A DNA stretch of 63,970 bases, filler included, from Bipalium vagum (taxonomy: Eukaryota), in the NCBI GenBank assembly GCA_037834085.1. It is 3 parts of 3 records of this genome, joined end to end, with 100 filler letters (N's around TTAATTAATTAA, not from the genome) between each part and the next. Parts side by side here need not be neighbours in the genome. Positions count along the whole stretch, not along the records: positions 1 to 25,327 come from JBBMKC010195275.1; 2 more parts are not named here. One strand, 5' to 3'. The notes below the pieces were generated by a model. It saw only the letters and a program-made list of their open reading frames with translations, ran no database searches and had not been told where the DNA came from. Position 1 is the first letter of the stretch; every line of letters begins with the position of its first letter. Shown in pieces: positions 1 through 13,791 of the stretch. A program made the position numbers and the translations under genes.

Positions 1-836
1 TGCCAGATTTCAAAATATCATTTCAATATTTAAATTTTTTCGGTTCCATTCTAAGGACTTTTCAGCCCAACCATGTATTTCAACAAGCCGGAGATCCATG
101 CCATAAGTCAAGATTAGTTAGTTCATTTTTGGAAAATTCTGGTTTCAATTTTTTGAGTCGTAATGCTTTAGATCTTTCCTATCATTATCAAAGTTGCTCC
201 TTACTGCACACTTCACTTTTTCTACTTTTTCTGGAATGATAACTAAAAAATAATAAATTTTTTATCACACTATTGCTTAATAAAATGATAAAAAATTAAC
301 TTGAGTAATTGTTTTATTAAACAGAATATTCCCCATCAGACTTAATAAACTTCTGTCATCACTTCGGTTGATGATAAAAACGAATTAATAAAAATCTTGA
401 GTTTCGGAAAAATATTTTTAGAAAGCATATTTAATCTCTGCTTTTTCTCATACAAATTGTCAAGCCTTCAAATCAAAATCTCTTGAGGCTCAGCCTAGAT
501 GATATAGTGGATGCCGAATAATTTCAGAATTAATTTCCATAGATTTTACTTGAACTTGAATTCTGAAATTGTTTTGCAGTAGGAGAGATTCTTTACTGTT
601 ATACAAACCTGTATATTGTTTCGTCAACCTTCAAGATGTTCAAATAATAATGATCTCATGTTTTTTCCGTCAGATTGAGACCTTTAGTGTACGACCAGTT
701 TAAAATAAAATATAGACCTGGCTTTCATATGTTTAATAATCTCTCTTAAAATTGTACATAACAATTCATAAAATCAAAATTACTAATGTTGTTCAGAACT
801 TTTATGGTTTTACAAGTTGAATCAGTTCAAGATATG

Positions 837-2097
837 CACAGCTGGACAAAAAAATGAGACTTTAACAAAATATAAAATTTTTAAAAAGATGTTTAAATTG
901 GTTAACATTTATTACATTTTTAATATTTAAGCTATTGCACGTAATATGTATGTAATTTGGTGTTTTTTTTTCTATTTGTTTTAATAATTCCAGTTATAAA
1001 TAAAATGACAGACACATTTAAATGTCAAAATAAAAAATCGGATATGTGGCCTTTGTTACACAAAACTGTTATATTCTGAAATGCAGACTATTTTGAAAAA
1101 ACATGGTATTCAAATTCCAATTTCCAAAATACAAAGAATTGGCTACCAGTTCAAGACAACAGGTTCTGTAAAAAGAAAACCAGGCTCAAACAGACCCAGA
1201 AAAACTACAAGTCGAGATAACAATAGACTGAAAATTGAGGTCATTAAAGATCGTAAGAAAACTATTACAAAATTAGCTGAGGAATTCAAAAATGGAAATA
1301 ATGAAACAGTTTCTCGAAAAAAAATTGCAAGACGAGTCAAAGAATTGGTGTTTGCGTATATGAGTTGCGCAAGGAAACCATTTTATTCAAAAAAAGAATA
1401 TTAGAGACAGATTAAATTTTTATAATCTTTACGGTATGTATGACTCTCAGTGGTTCCAATATGTGTTCTGGAGTAATGAATGTCAATTTGAACTTCATAG
1501 TGATGCCCCTGAACGCTGTCTTCGAAGATCATCTGAAAAATATGTAATGGAGTGTATTCCCACCTCAAAAAAACATGGCACTGCGATAATTATGGTTTGG
1601 GGAATATTTTCAACATCTGGAGTTGGTGAGCTTATACAATGTACTGGGTCAATTAATGCCAAAGTGTACCAAAGGATATTAGATATTGGCTTGCTTCCAA
1701 GCATCGAGAAGTTATGCACGGAAAATGAAAGACAATATATTTTTTTCCAACTGGACAATCACCAGATTAAGATAATCCCATTGAGAATATATGGGAATAC
1801 ATAAAGGCAAACTAGTCGGGAAATTTTTCAATACTCCTGACCACCTGTGGAAAGCAGTCGAGAAAGAATGGAAAATCATTAGTACAGAACACTGTCAGAG
1901 ACTATCATATAGCCTACCCAAACGGCTCAAGTTGCTTAAATTGGCCAAAAGGAAATATATCCCTTATTAATATTTTTTATTTAGTTAATGATATATTGTT
2001 TGAAAATTTTTATAAAATTGTTGTAAAATTGTTAAAATAAATTTTGTCATAATATATGATATAAATATGTAAGCATCATTTTTTTTATCCAGGTGTG
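837..2097 (+). mobile_element. Tc1-family (DD34E) DNA transposon, near full length, transposase disrupted
   Basis: Imperfect TIRs (cacagctggacaaaaaaatga at 837; catcattttttttatccaggtgtg ending 2097, followed by TA). ORFs 1081-1404 (HTH, GSNRPRKTT) and 1436-1804 (FWSNECQF, IMVWGIF), then an NPIENIW motif in another frame. Stops and frameshifts present. Confidence 0.9.
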
Positions 2098-2326
2098 TAT
2101 TTTCATGATCAAACACTTCCTAGACATCATTAAGTTATCCTTTCCAAACTGCGTATTGAATAGGAACATTTTTATTCTGACAAAAAAACAATATATTTTA
2201 TTGATTTAATTTTGTAAACTTTTATTATTATTTGGATATTTTCCAGAAACTTTTTTTTACAAAACTTTGAATATATTTTAATTCCCAATATATTCTTTAA
2301 TCTACCAATCAATATTATATAAAATA

Positions 2327-3265
2327 TTAGGTTGGTACAAAAATAATGACCGTTTTTAAACTTATTAGTTTAAATTTCTTCTTTTCAGTCATTTTAGAAT
2401 CAATTTTTTTATTATTAATTATTATAATAATATTATATATTATATTATATATTAATATTATATATAAATTTAAAGATAAATTTTTGATTAATTAACTAAA
2501 ATAAGAAGTTGTTTAAATGCATTAATTAAATTAAATTTACTAACAATTTTAGAAATGCTTTCAAAACCAGAAATTCGAATAATTACTTTGCACATATTTA
2601 AATTTGGTCACAATGCTGCAGAAGTGACTAGAAACATTATCCAGGCATAAGGAGATGAAACGATTTCTGAACGGACGTAGATGTTTTGAAAAGTTTCTAG
2701 TTGAAAATACCAGTCTCGAGGGTGAAGATGGTCGTGGATGGCTCAGTTGAAATCAATGATCGAAGCAGACCCAAGGAAAACCATACGGGAATTTGCAAAA
2801 GACATCAACTTTAAAAATACCACTGTTCTTCGCGACTTGCACAAAATTGGAAAAGTACCGCACGACTTGACATAAAATCAAAAAAACCTCCGTTATGAAG
2901 TCTTCTCTAGATTTCTGCAAAACAAAATCGCATCGTTTCTTGATCTCATAGTAAAGTGCAATGAGAAATGGTTGTTGTATGATAATCGACAACAATCTGC
3001 TCAATAGTTGAATCATGGTGAGTGTCCACGACAATTTCCAAAGCCAATGTCGTACCTGAAAAAGATTATGGTGAGTATTTGGTGGTCGGTCTGATTCATT
3101 ACAGCTTTCTGAAAGTTGGTAAGACCATTAATACCGAGAGGTATGTTCTAGAGATAGATGAAATGCAGGAAAAACTTCGTTAACAAATCCAGCTTTAGTC
3201 AATCTGAGAGGTTGAATTTTAAAATATTTGCTTAAAAAACTGCCATTATTTTTGTACCAATCTAA
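2327..3265 (+). mobile_element. mariner (Hsmar1/cecropia-like) element, internally deleted
   Basis: TA-flanked TIRs ttaggttggtacaaaaataatg / cattatttttgtaccaatctaa. Transposase N-terminus MLSKPEIRIITLHIFKFGHNAAEVTRNI from about 2555, plus NEKWLLYDN and KKIMVSIWW. The C-terminal YSPDLAP region is absent. Confidence 0.9.
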
Positions 3266-4299
3266 TATACTAAAGAAATTAGAACTTCTTTAGAAGATAT
3301 CTAGCCCTTATCAAATTACTGAAAAGTTGGTTTTCTTTTCAAGGCATTTCTCCTATTTCTTTATGATTATAAATAAAAAAATTTCGCGATGTAAGGTTTT
3401 ACACTTGACAGTTTTTAAAAAAATTTTACTAGAAAAATAGTTTTTAGTTTTATATTTATAATTATTTTTTATTAAAATTCAATAAATATATTAATTGAGT
3501 ATTTAAAGAAATTTGAACTTCAAATGGTGCACATTAAATTTTTATATTATTATATTATATTATTAATTATATTTTCTTAATAAATTATATTACCATACCC
3601 TAATATCGAATTAATGTCAGAGATTGATTTTTGATAAGATAAAGTAGTCAATTAAGGACTTTTAAGACCTTGAATTGGGACTAATGAATTATGATTAGAA
3701 AGAACCATCCTAAACAACGATTACTCTCAAAAATGACTTTTAGATGCCCTCAGCTGATTTTCTGAAACAATATTTTAGAAAAAGTATAATGGTATAAATG
3801 AAATTGATAATTGGATTATTTCTAGATGAATTTGATCATTTTTGAAAATACTGAATGAGATTTATTGAAATACTGAACACCTTTGATCATGTACGATGAA
3901 ATATCAGTTTTATCATGAATAAAGAAATATTTTAAATGAACTCAAATTCTTTATGCTGCCCGTCAAAAATTTCTAGAACACGTGGATCTGCAAAATAAAA
4001 ATGATTTCAAACAAAATTTTTAATGTACAACAATGTCATACTTTCCAAAAGGATAGATAAATAATAAAATTTAATAACTTTTTTTAGAATGTCGAATTCA
4101 AAAATTGTTAAAACGGTCAAGTCAAAAGTTTCTAAAACACTTTAAAAAATTTATTTTTTATTTATTAATTACAAAATGTCTTAAAGCACTTATGATTAAG
4201 GGCAATTTAAAAATGGCATTTATTATTAAAAAAGGGCATTTAAAATTTTTTAAAAAATAACTGCTACGTAACAAACTTTGTAGAAATACAATTATCAAC

Positions 4300-4860
4300 A
4301 TTAACATAATTTGCCTTTATTCCCATATACAATAATGAATTAATTGCTCAAGACATGTTAAATGAAAGAATAACTTGCTTTGAGAACTTTGAGAGAATAT
4401 ATTTAAATATTTCTTTCTTTTATTTTCAGTTTCGTCAATTTCCAAAAAAATCTTTTCTTCCTTAAAATAATTTATTAATTTGGATATATTTTACTCTTAA
4501 TCGTTGTAATATGAATATGTCCTTGTCTTTGATTTAGAAATGGGGGGGTTTACCAAAATATCTGAACATTTTAATTATTTCAGGATTATTTAATTTGTAT
4601 AAGGAGTTATTACCAGATACAAAGTGCTTTGACAGCAACTTCAACATATTTGTCATAAGCTCCTGTTATATATGTTTGTTCAATTTTTTTGAAACTTCCT
4701 GAATCAAAATTCTTTTCAATAAATTTATAATACTTTTACTTTTCCGATGAGCATCTACATAATATTTTTTTCGTGATTCACGAAACAATCACAAATTTTG
4801 CACTATAGCTTGTTTTGTAATTGATGTAAAAAATCTTGACTGTTGTAGGTATTGCAATAA
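4300..4860 (-). mobile_element. hAT transposase remnant (CGGBP1-like N-terminus)
   Basis: Minus-strand translation gives CKICDCFVNHEKKYYVDAHRKSK and FVSGNNSLYKLNNPEIIKMF, resembling the zinc-finger and 'SANIPLxKLNN' motifs of CGGBP-related hAT transposases. Heavily decayed. Confidence 0.5.
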
Positions 4861-4956
4861 TAATTAATTATTTCCTTAACACTTTTCTTTTCTTTTAGCA
4901 TTTTAAAAATTTTTTTAATTAAAATTTTCTAATTTTAAGACTTTTCAAATGCTATT

Positions 4957-5210
4957 TTAAATGGCATTTATTGCAAAATACTTGCACTTAAGGTATGATA
5001 TACTATTACCCTTCTTCAATACGACATCTGCCAAATGCGATGGTACAGTTTTGTAAAGGTTTTGTATAACTTTCGGATCAATAATTATAGTCTCTGTCAA
5101 TGATTTTAATGAGGCCTGTATGACTAGTATACTGCATTTCGTCATAAATTTTAAATTCCAATAAATGCCAAACATTTTCTGTTAATAGGACATACGGAGT
5201 TCTAAGAAAC
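4957..5210 (-). mobile_element. Tc1 transposase C-terminal fragment
   Basis: ENVWHLL followed by QNLYKTVPSHLADVVLKKGNSISY, a typical Tc1 C-terminus. Confidence 0.65.
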
Positions 5211-5299
5211 TTGACACTTATTATTTATTGCTATAATTTTATTTTTATACTATTTTTTATATTATCAAACCCAATTGAATAGATTATTATTAGTACTGA

Positions 5300-6240
5300 T
5301 TTATACAGAAATTTCATTTTATATTACGATATTTATTAAGCCGAAGACATTCAAGACTTTTAATTCAGATTAAATAGTAGTCCTTCTTTCTTGAATTTAT
5401 AGTCAGATATAGAGATTTCGATACCTGACATATCAGCAAATGTGTTTTACATAAGTATTTATCTAAATACTTTTTAAAAAGATAATCCGTTGGAGCCAAG
5501 TCGGGTAAATATGGAAGATGCTGCAAAACATCATTATCCAATTCACGTAGCTTTTAAAAAGTTTTCATGGAAACATGTGGTCGAGCTTAAATTGGAGCAG
5601 AATTACTCCTTTTCTGTTGACTAATGAAAGCTGTTTATTGTTACATTTTTGGTGTATTATTTCAATTTCTGAGTAATATTTGTGGGCTGTGATAGTGTCA
5701 CCTGCATTTAGAAAAGAAGAGTGTGTTAGATCAGCTATAAACTAACAACTGTTATCATAGTTTTTTCAGGTAAAAATCCTGTTGTTGGAAGTGTTTTGTT
5801 GCCTCAGCAACATCCAATCATTGAGCCGAACATTTTCTATTTTTAAAAATTTTTCTTCGCATGTTATTATGGAATTAAAGAAATTGTGAGTCCTTTTGCG
5901 AATCAAGAATGATTTTCAATTCTTAGGAATCAATCAATAAATGTGGTATCCATTGATTTTACTTTTTTACTTTGCTAATCTCTTTCAAGTAGCACTAAAT
6001 TGTCATGGTGCCAACTTTGAATTGTTTTGCAATTTCTTGAACGGATTGAAAGGATTCTGTTCATCATTTTCTTGCAAATCTTCGTTGTAATTACCAACAT
6101 TGAGCCTTCCAGGGTTTCATAGCTGTATAGTACGACCATTAGTCGAATGTTGTTCAAATGGCGAATTAATGTTGCGTGTTGCTTCTGATGCGATATGTCG
6201 CAATTTCCACTCACACTAAAAATTTATTCTCATTTCTTCT
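5300..6240 (-). mobile_element. mariner remnant
   Basis: Minus-strand ARPHV...LQHLPYLPDLAPTDYLF (YSPDLAPSDY motif) near 5480-5590. N-terminal HTH-like segment in an alternative frame of ORF 5975-6214. Confidence 0.75.
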
Positions 6241-7399
6241 TTTGTAAATCAATACATTGTTTATTTAAAACAATTTGAATATTTGATTTATTTAAACAAC
6301 TTACAATATATCATACTGTTAAATTTGACCTTCAAAATGAGAAAAAATATTTTGCTATATTAAATATGGAATGATCTACTACATTTTTAAAATACCGACA
6401 GAAATCGGACGTTTCATATTATATAACTTAATATTTTTAAATTTAAAAATAAATAAAAATATTAATTTGTTTTAATGTCATTTAATTTTTATTAATTTCA
6501 CAATGAAAATAAAATAAACCTTTTGCACTAAAAGATTCTTTTTTCTTACAAGTAATAAAGTTAGATTTTTATGTACATTTGTGACCAAACTTAATCATTA
6601 TTATAACTGTCAACATTATTTAAACTACAATTAGTTGCGGTTAATTATGTAAAAGAATAATTTTAATTTTTTAATTACCAGTAATTAAGTAATTAATAAT
6701 TTTTAATAAATAAAAGTAACCGTTTATTAAAAATTAAAAAAAACTTTCAAATTTTTCTCAAGAAATAATTATAAAAATAAATTATTTTAAAATATAAAAC
6801 TAAATATTTTGTATAATTTTAGTTTTAATTCTTTCACACTTGTTTGAAACAATTTAATCTCACTGAAGTTGATTTATGCGATTTATCGAAAGATACTTTG
6901 AGAAGAATCGATTATGTCGGACATCAATATTTGACCCAGAAGAAAAGAGTATAATGGAGTGTATTTATAGATGTGAACCATCAAATGTTAAGTGTTAATT
7001 ATTTTACCATAATGAAATATGACGTTATTATTAAAAATTCATCATTTCATAGTATCATTGCCATACTTTCTCGGTTGTGTTTCCTCTTACGGTTATCACT
7101 GAAATGTTTTACCCATTTTGGTGGAAACATAATGATTATCATAATTTTAGTAACTTGATTCAATTAATAGGCATAATTCTGTGGAAACACTCAGTTTGGT
7201 GAGTTTATTAAATAACAGTAATGTGTTGTGAGATAAATTGAAAATTAGTCGGAGTATGTAGCTCCAGACGCGTCCAGATATAAATTAGTAAAGGTTTAAG
7301 AACAAGTCTTGAATAAGTCTTATTTATTATCTTTGTTCACATAGTTTTTGTTGTTGATTTTTCTTTTTCCTCAGGTCTCGAGACCATTTAGTTACTGTC

Positions 7400-8053
7400 G
7401 AGGGACGTTCAATGCGGAAATCGTTTGATATTTCGATAATTACTTATCAAAGTAGATAAAATGTATCGCATAAAAGAACCTGAAAAGCACAGTTCGGGTT
7501 TTTTTAATATTTTTTCCATATTATGAGCAATATAATTATCAAAAATAATAATATTACAACTATCTCAATACATTTGTCAGGACAATGTACCTTTTCAAAA
7601 AATTAAGAACATTCAAAATGTAATCGTAGAAAATTGACATGATTTAAGGTTTTTAATTCCATATACTCCACAATTTAACCCTATAGAAAATATGTCCAGT
7701 AAGTGGAAAAATCACATTAGAACTAGTCAATTCCAAAGAACGGAATTGATTTATATATTTAGATTGAAAATAGGTTCAAAATAATTACTACTACACAACT
7801 TAAAGACAACATTTCGGAACAAAGCGCTATGATCTCAATTGACTTATGCCAAAAGTTATGCAAAATTCCAAATAATAGCCCAAACTTGTAAGGTTACCAG
7901 AGGCGGTCATTTTAATGACATCATATTTAAAATATAAAATTTTGTAATATCTGTGTTTAAAAAGATTGTATAAATAAAATTACTTGGCTTTCTAGTTTTT
8001 ATGTACGGAGAAATAGCGACTTAAAGTAGTAAAGCTTCTTTTGGAAGACCCTG
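7400..8053 (+). mobile_element. Two juxtaposed Tc1/IS630-superfamily C-terminal fragments
   Basis: DNVPFQK...FLIPYTPQFNPIENMSSKWK (about 7580-7710), then RGGHFNDI and a TIR-like end ttttggaagaccctg followed by TA. Confidence 0.6.
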
Positions 8054-11000
8054 TATATATAAGTGACATCTTTACCTTTTTGATTTTACCTGCATTCATT
8101 TTTTAAAGGTTTGAAATTGAAGTTTAAGCCCTGTATATCATTCTTTGCTTACAAAAATAATTATTTATAAATTATAAATTTCTCATAATTAAATCTGTTA
8201 GTTTTGGATAAGTATTTGCTTTTGAAAAATTTTACAGAAATTAATGAAATATTCATCTTGTACATTTAGAAGTCAGTTCATTTGACACGCCCAAAATGTA
8301 CAGTCTCTTTAAAGCGGTTATTGAAATTGTTATATTGATAAGAATAATTAAGTTTCACAATACATTAAAAGTTAATATATTAATCACATTGTAGGGAGGA
8401 GCAAATTATCTGAAAAGGTCTAACGAAATGTTAATCAATTGAAAACTTGAAGAAGCATAATGTTTTAAATCATGTACTTCTTATCTAAGTCAACACTGGT
8501 TATGAATGTTCACAACGATACTTCAACTGAAATAAACAAACAAAAAATAGAACACTAACGAAAAAAACAAATTCCAATCAACTTCCAACTGAAATGTTTC
8601 TTTATTATTTAAAAGGTCAAAAATTTATATTTTATGAAAATTAAATTTTATTTTTTTCTCAAAAATATAATTTTTCAAAGACAGACAAAATGATAAAAGT
8701 TCAGTGTTAATGAAATTTAATTAAACACATTTTCAAAAATAAAGTAATAATAATAAAATTAAAAATCATTGAGATCCTAAAAAAGATTAAGTCAACAGAA
8801 AAATTAATAAAAATAAATAAATAAATGTAATAAATAATGCTTTTAAAAACAATTTACCAAAAATGAATTTAAACTGATTTTTAAACCAATCGTAAGCGCT
8901 AAGCTGTTTTCTGCAATATAATATGGAATTAAACAAGAGTGTAATGAATATCAATTAAATATCAGACTTAAATTACATTAATTAATTAACGCTGTTTAAA
9001 ATTGATTACAAAAAATAATATTTCTTACATAAAATAGATTACAGAAATAAAAGTAATTAATAAACTTCAAAATATAACTTTGCATTATAATATAAAGTGT
9101 CCTCGAAACTAATATTATATGTTTTAATTATGCATTATCATAAAAAACGAGGTCGGTTAAAGATACTCAAAATTCATTGAAATATTAAAGAAGTTAACAA
9201 TGATAAAATAAAAATGATAGAATTGTTTAAATAACACAAAATTATTTTAAAATGCACCACGTATTTCACTCATAAAAATAGCAATATTATTATATTCATG
9301 ATTGTGATTATTTAAACAAATTTGGGAAAATTTAGGTTTTTATGACGTCTCTCAATACTTAAAATTCTTTTATATTAAATTTAAAACAAATAAAACTTTA
9401 AAAAAAGTTTCTAATATTGCTTAAAATATACATTATTTTCATTAAAAATATTACTTACTTTAATATCAATTTTTGTCCTCAAATAGCTGACGCATCCTGT
9501 ATATTTGAATGATTCTCCCTCTTAAAGTAGAATATCGAGTTTAAGTTGAAAGATATTTTTTATATATTAATATTAAAATTATAAAAATGGGTTATATTTA
9601 ACTATCTTTAATATTATATATAGTTTTTTAAAAATCACAATCTCTTATTAATTTAGAAATAATAATTATTATTTAAAAAATTAAAAGATTTCGTTTAGAA
9701 AGTATACTTATTTATACTATCTAGTGGAAAAATTTATTTATTTATTAATTATATTTATTCAATGATTAAAATAACGTTGCAAATATTTATATTTATATAA
9801 TTAGTAATTAATTCTATTTATTTGATTTTGATAATATTACTGTAGATGTGATGACTATTTATATGGAGAGGTATATCCATCTCCATATAATTTGAAAATT
9901 AATTATCAGATAAAACAGGTATAATAATATCCACCTTTCAATATTTTAAAAATAATTAAAATATTTTTATACAAATATAAAAAGAAAATTTTAAAAATGT
10001 AAATGAGAAAAAAATTGAATAAAATTGTTTATATTTGTTAATCTTAATTTTCACAAGTCACGTTCATTAAAGGTAAAAACCAAATAATAACAAACTCAAA
10101 TCAAAAATATTATATCAAATATTTATTTTTTTATTTTTATTTTCTTAAAAATATATTTTAAAAAATGCAATTATTTATCAATATAATTTTAAAATTTTCA
10201 CATTTTCATTATAATTACTTTAAATTTGAAAATATATTTCTCATTAAATTCATAATTATGGAAATGTTAAAAGTTAGTTCAAATATGGTTTCAGAAAATT
10301 GACAAAATTTTAAATAATTAAATAAAAAAGGTTTAAAATGAAATAAATTTTAAAAACCGGCTAACCTGTCACCGTTTAGAAACTAATTTTATCAACCTAT
10401 AATCTTGGTCCTTAACATTTATTTTATCATTTTATTATACTTCTAAATTATATATAATTTGTAAAGGAGCTTTCATTGGTTATATGTTCTGATTAAATTA
10501 TTCACTTATTTTTTTAAAAGATGGGTTGGTGAAATTTGCTTTGCCTTAATATATTTGTTAAAATCAAAACACGCCAAAAGATTTTTTGAGAATAATAATA
10601 CTATTGATTCAAATTTTTATGAAATTGGGTATGAAATATATTGTTGGGTCATTCCTTTATTTATAACTTACTCCAAACGTTTAGACAGAGATTCCTCTTT
10701 TGAAAAAATATACAAGTTTTGACTCAAAATTCTTCAAACCGATCTGACAGGGGCACATGATCCTTAGAGGAAGTTTCAAATTTACTTTGTAGTGGAGATC
10801 AATATTGATGATAATCTGATGGGACTAAATCGGCGTATTTGTCGATTAAATTAACATCTCAAAACCGAATTTGAAGATTTCTGACTATATCGGTATAAGT
10901 ATTTGGAGTCTGGTATTGTGCTGTTGCAAAAAACCTACAAATGGGTTTTGATATCGTTTTCCTCAATTTCATGATAGAAATAAATTTCAGGGAGTTCATT

Positions 11001-12852
11001 ATCTGATTTTTTAAAGTAATTTTTCATTAAAAAAACTCCTTTCTACTTAATAAATACTAAGAATTTATTTTCGTGATTAAGATCTGTATCCTTAATGCAA
11101 ATTTTGATTTATCGCAGTTTCATTTTATGATTAAGTCATGTTTTATACCCATTTGTAATGCTTGATAAGATAAATTGATGATCTGCTGTTCAAATTTAAG
11201 AAAGTCACTTTTAACGATGGAAAATACTTCGATTTTAATGTGTCTGTTTGTAATAAGATAAATATTAAATTATTTAAAGTCCAAAATTTTTCCACTCTTC
11301 TAATAATAAACAAAAGACGTGAAATCGGTAATAAAATTATTATATTATAACTTCAATTCATGTGAACAAATCAATAACATCTTAATTTATCAATTATTAT
11401 TTCAAAATAAAGTATTTTAATTAATTTAAAAAACACCTTGTATAACAAAATAAGAAAAGAGATAATACCAAAAGCTTTAAAATAATAGTTCAGGCTTAAA
11501 TTTTCATACATATACCATTATTTATTACGTTGATACAAAAGAAATGTCGGATTTTAAATATCAACTTTCAGTGAACATAAAGATTTTCATAATAAATTTA
11601 TTTATCAAAATAACATCCATTAGAATCAACACAACACAACGTAAAAGTTTATTTGTTCCGGAAGCTTAGAATTCAGAGAGTCTTGATTAGACAAGATAGC
11701 TGAAGACATTTTTGGTATCATCTTGGCTCTTGAACATTTTCTCGCGCAAGTCCTGTTCGAGATTATAAACAACACTCACATATTTATTATAAAAATAAGT
11801 AGCAGATTCTGGGCTTTAAATTGAAACAAATAATGACATAATAATTTAATTTAAAACTTATTCACATATCAATGATAAACTAAAACAATACTTTAACCGA
11901 CAGTTCTTTTGCACAAACCTAATGTATATAAATTTCTGTCGACATTTCTTTTGTAGTCTTTTTCTAATATTTTTATCCCGGTTAACTTAAATTATCGATA
12001 AAGCCTATTTTAAAATTGTTAAAATAATCAAAAATTGCTATCATTTTTATTATAAAAATTCACATTATTTTTTATCTAAATTTCATTTATATTCAACAAA
12101 TCAAGAAAGAGCAATATTAATAATTTTATTACTAATCATATTAAATTTAAACTATAGACATATTCTATATATAATTAAATTAAATTAGTTATATTTAAAT
12201 TTTCCATCCTTTTATTTAATTAACAAAATAAGTATTGAACGACGTTCTTTTATATTACATACAATGATGCCTAATGGATTCTGTAGAATTCATGGTGAAT
12301 CAAAGAAGGAAATCGACAATATTTTTTAATATGATTTAGAATGCACGGCACTTTTGCTTTTACTTAACGCTGGTCTCCACTATACTTCATTAAAATTAAA
12401 TATTTTATAAATTTAAGTTCTTATAATTTTATTTATTTTTCTGGCTGATCCCTACCAATTTCGCTAGGAATTACTTGAGAAACATCAAATTATTGTAAAC
12501 TGATTATTCGATTTTAACTGCAATAAATAAATTGATTTTCAGTTTTTGTCGATGACAACCTACTCAAGGATCTCAAAAGACTATTTTAATCTGCATATTT
12601 TATCTTTTTTCTGTAGACTGTTTAAAATTTAAGGCATATTTCATTCAAGAATTTCAGCAAACTGTTTTCTTCCCCTTCGTAACAATTTAACACCGACCTG
12701 ACAGATATTTGATAACTTTTATTCTAAGAAAAATTTATCAATTTTTTCAAATTACTGATGTTTTAAGAGAAATTGTTGAATTTTGTAATTTAACTGTTGA
12801 TTTTACATAATGCGGATTTTAAAAAACAAGTTCTTGATTTCGATTTATATAT

Positions 12853-13370
12853 CGAGGGACCCAAAAAAGCAGAGTTTTTAATAAACCATATATTTTTATA
12901 CTTGAAAAATATTATTTATATAATCACTGAATGTTAACAAATCATTATTAAACCAATTATAATTATTAAGCAAATTCATTATATCTTGTTTAAATCTACT
13001 AATCTAAAGGGAAACAATCAACATGGAATCTTCGTGTAGAAGAATAATCACCCCCTTTCTAGCAGCAAAATTAAATCATGTCTATCCCACGATATTCTTC
13101 TGACATGAACATGATTGATTTCTTTATATTTCAGAATTATGAGTTAAAGAGAAAAATGAAAATTTTCGAATCCGTGCAGAAAAAAACTGTTCCCAGAACA
13201 GTTCTTGGAAGACCAGATAACGTGCACCCTATCTCATGAGCCGAACCGATCTGAATAGCATCATTTTGCTTAATAGTGACTATTTAAAGTGAATATTGGT
13301 CATAAAACGTTGGAGTAAATGTCCGATTTCTGGAATATATTTTTTTAAAAGTTTTGTTTTGGTCCCTTAC
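12853..13370 (-). mobile_element. Possible short mariner deletion derivative
   Basis: Weak inverted ends (cgagggacccaaaaaa / ttttggtcccttac) and an SGLPRTV (GRP-like) motif on the minus strand. Confidence 0.3.
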
Positions 13371-13791
13371 ATAATAATTATTTTTGAGATTATCATTATA
13401 TTATTAAATATTTTTTTGATAATACATTCCAAGTAAATACTTTATATTATGAAAAAAGTATCAATCACATAATTACTTTAATTTAATTGGCTGACTCATT
13501 CTGCATTTTAATGTGTGAACTAAATATTTAGGTTACAAGTACCATGTATAGGTTTTTTTATATTTTTCACACTTACATTTTAATATTTCAAACTTTAAGT
13601 ATTAAAATGAAATTTCTATCTTTTATGATTTTAATTTATGTTAATTAAAGTAGACAAATTATAGCCCGAAAAATATTCATATACCACAGTAAGAACTGAA
13701 ATGTGAAAAACATCAATCAATAAAATTTTGAGTAAAAGCTTAATACTTTTAATTGATGAGAAATAAGAACATTATTTGATTTAAATAAAAT

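Noticed and set aside
1-830. Coding-like minus-strand sequence with possible short introns
   Set aside because: Stops in all frames and no recognisable motif. It may be a pseudogene or TE relic but cannot be assigned.
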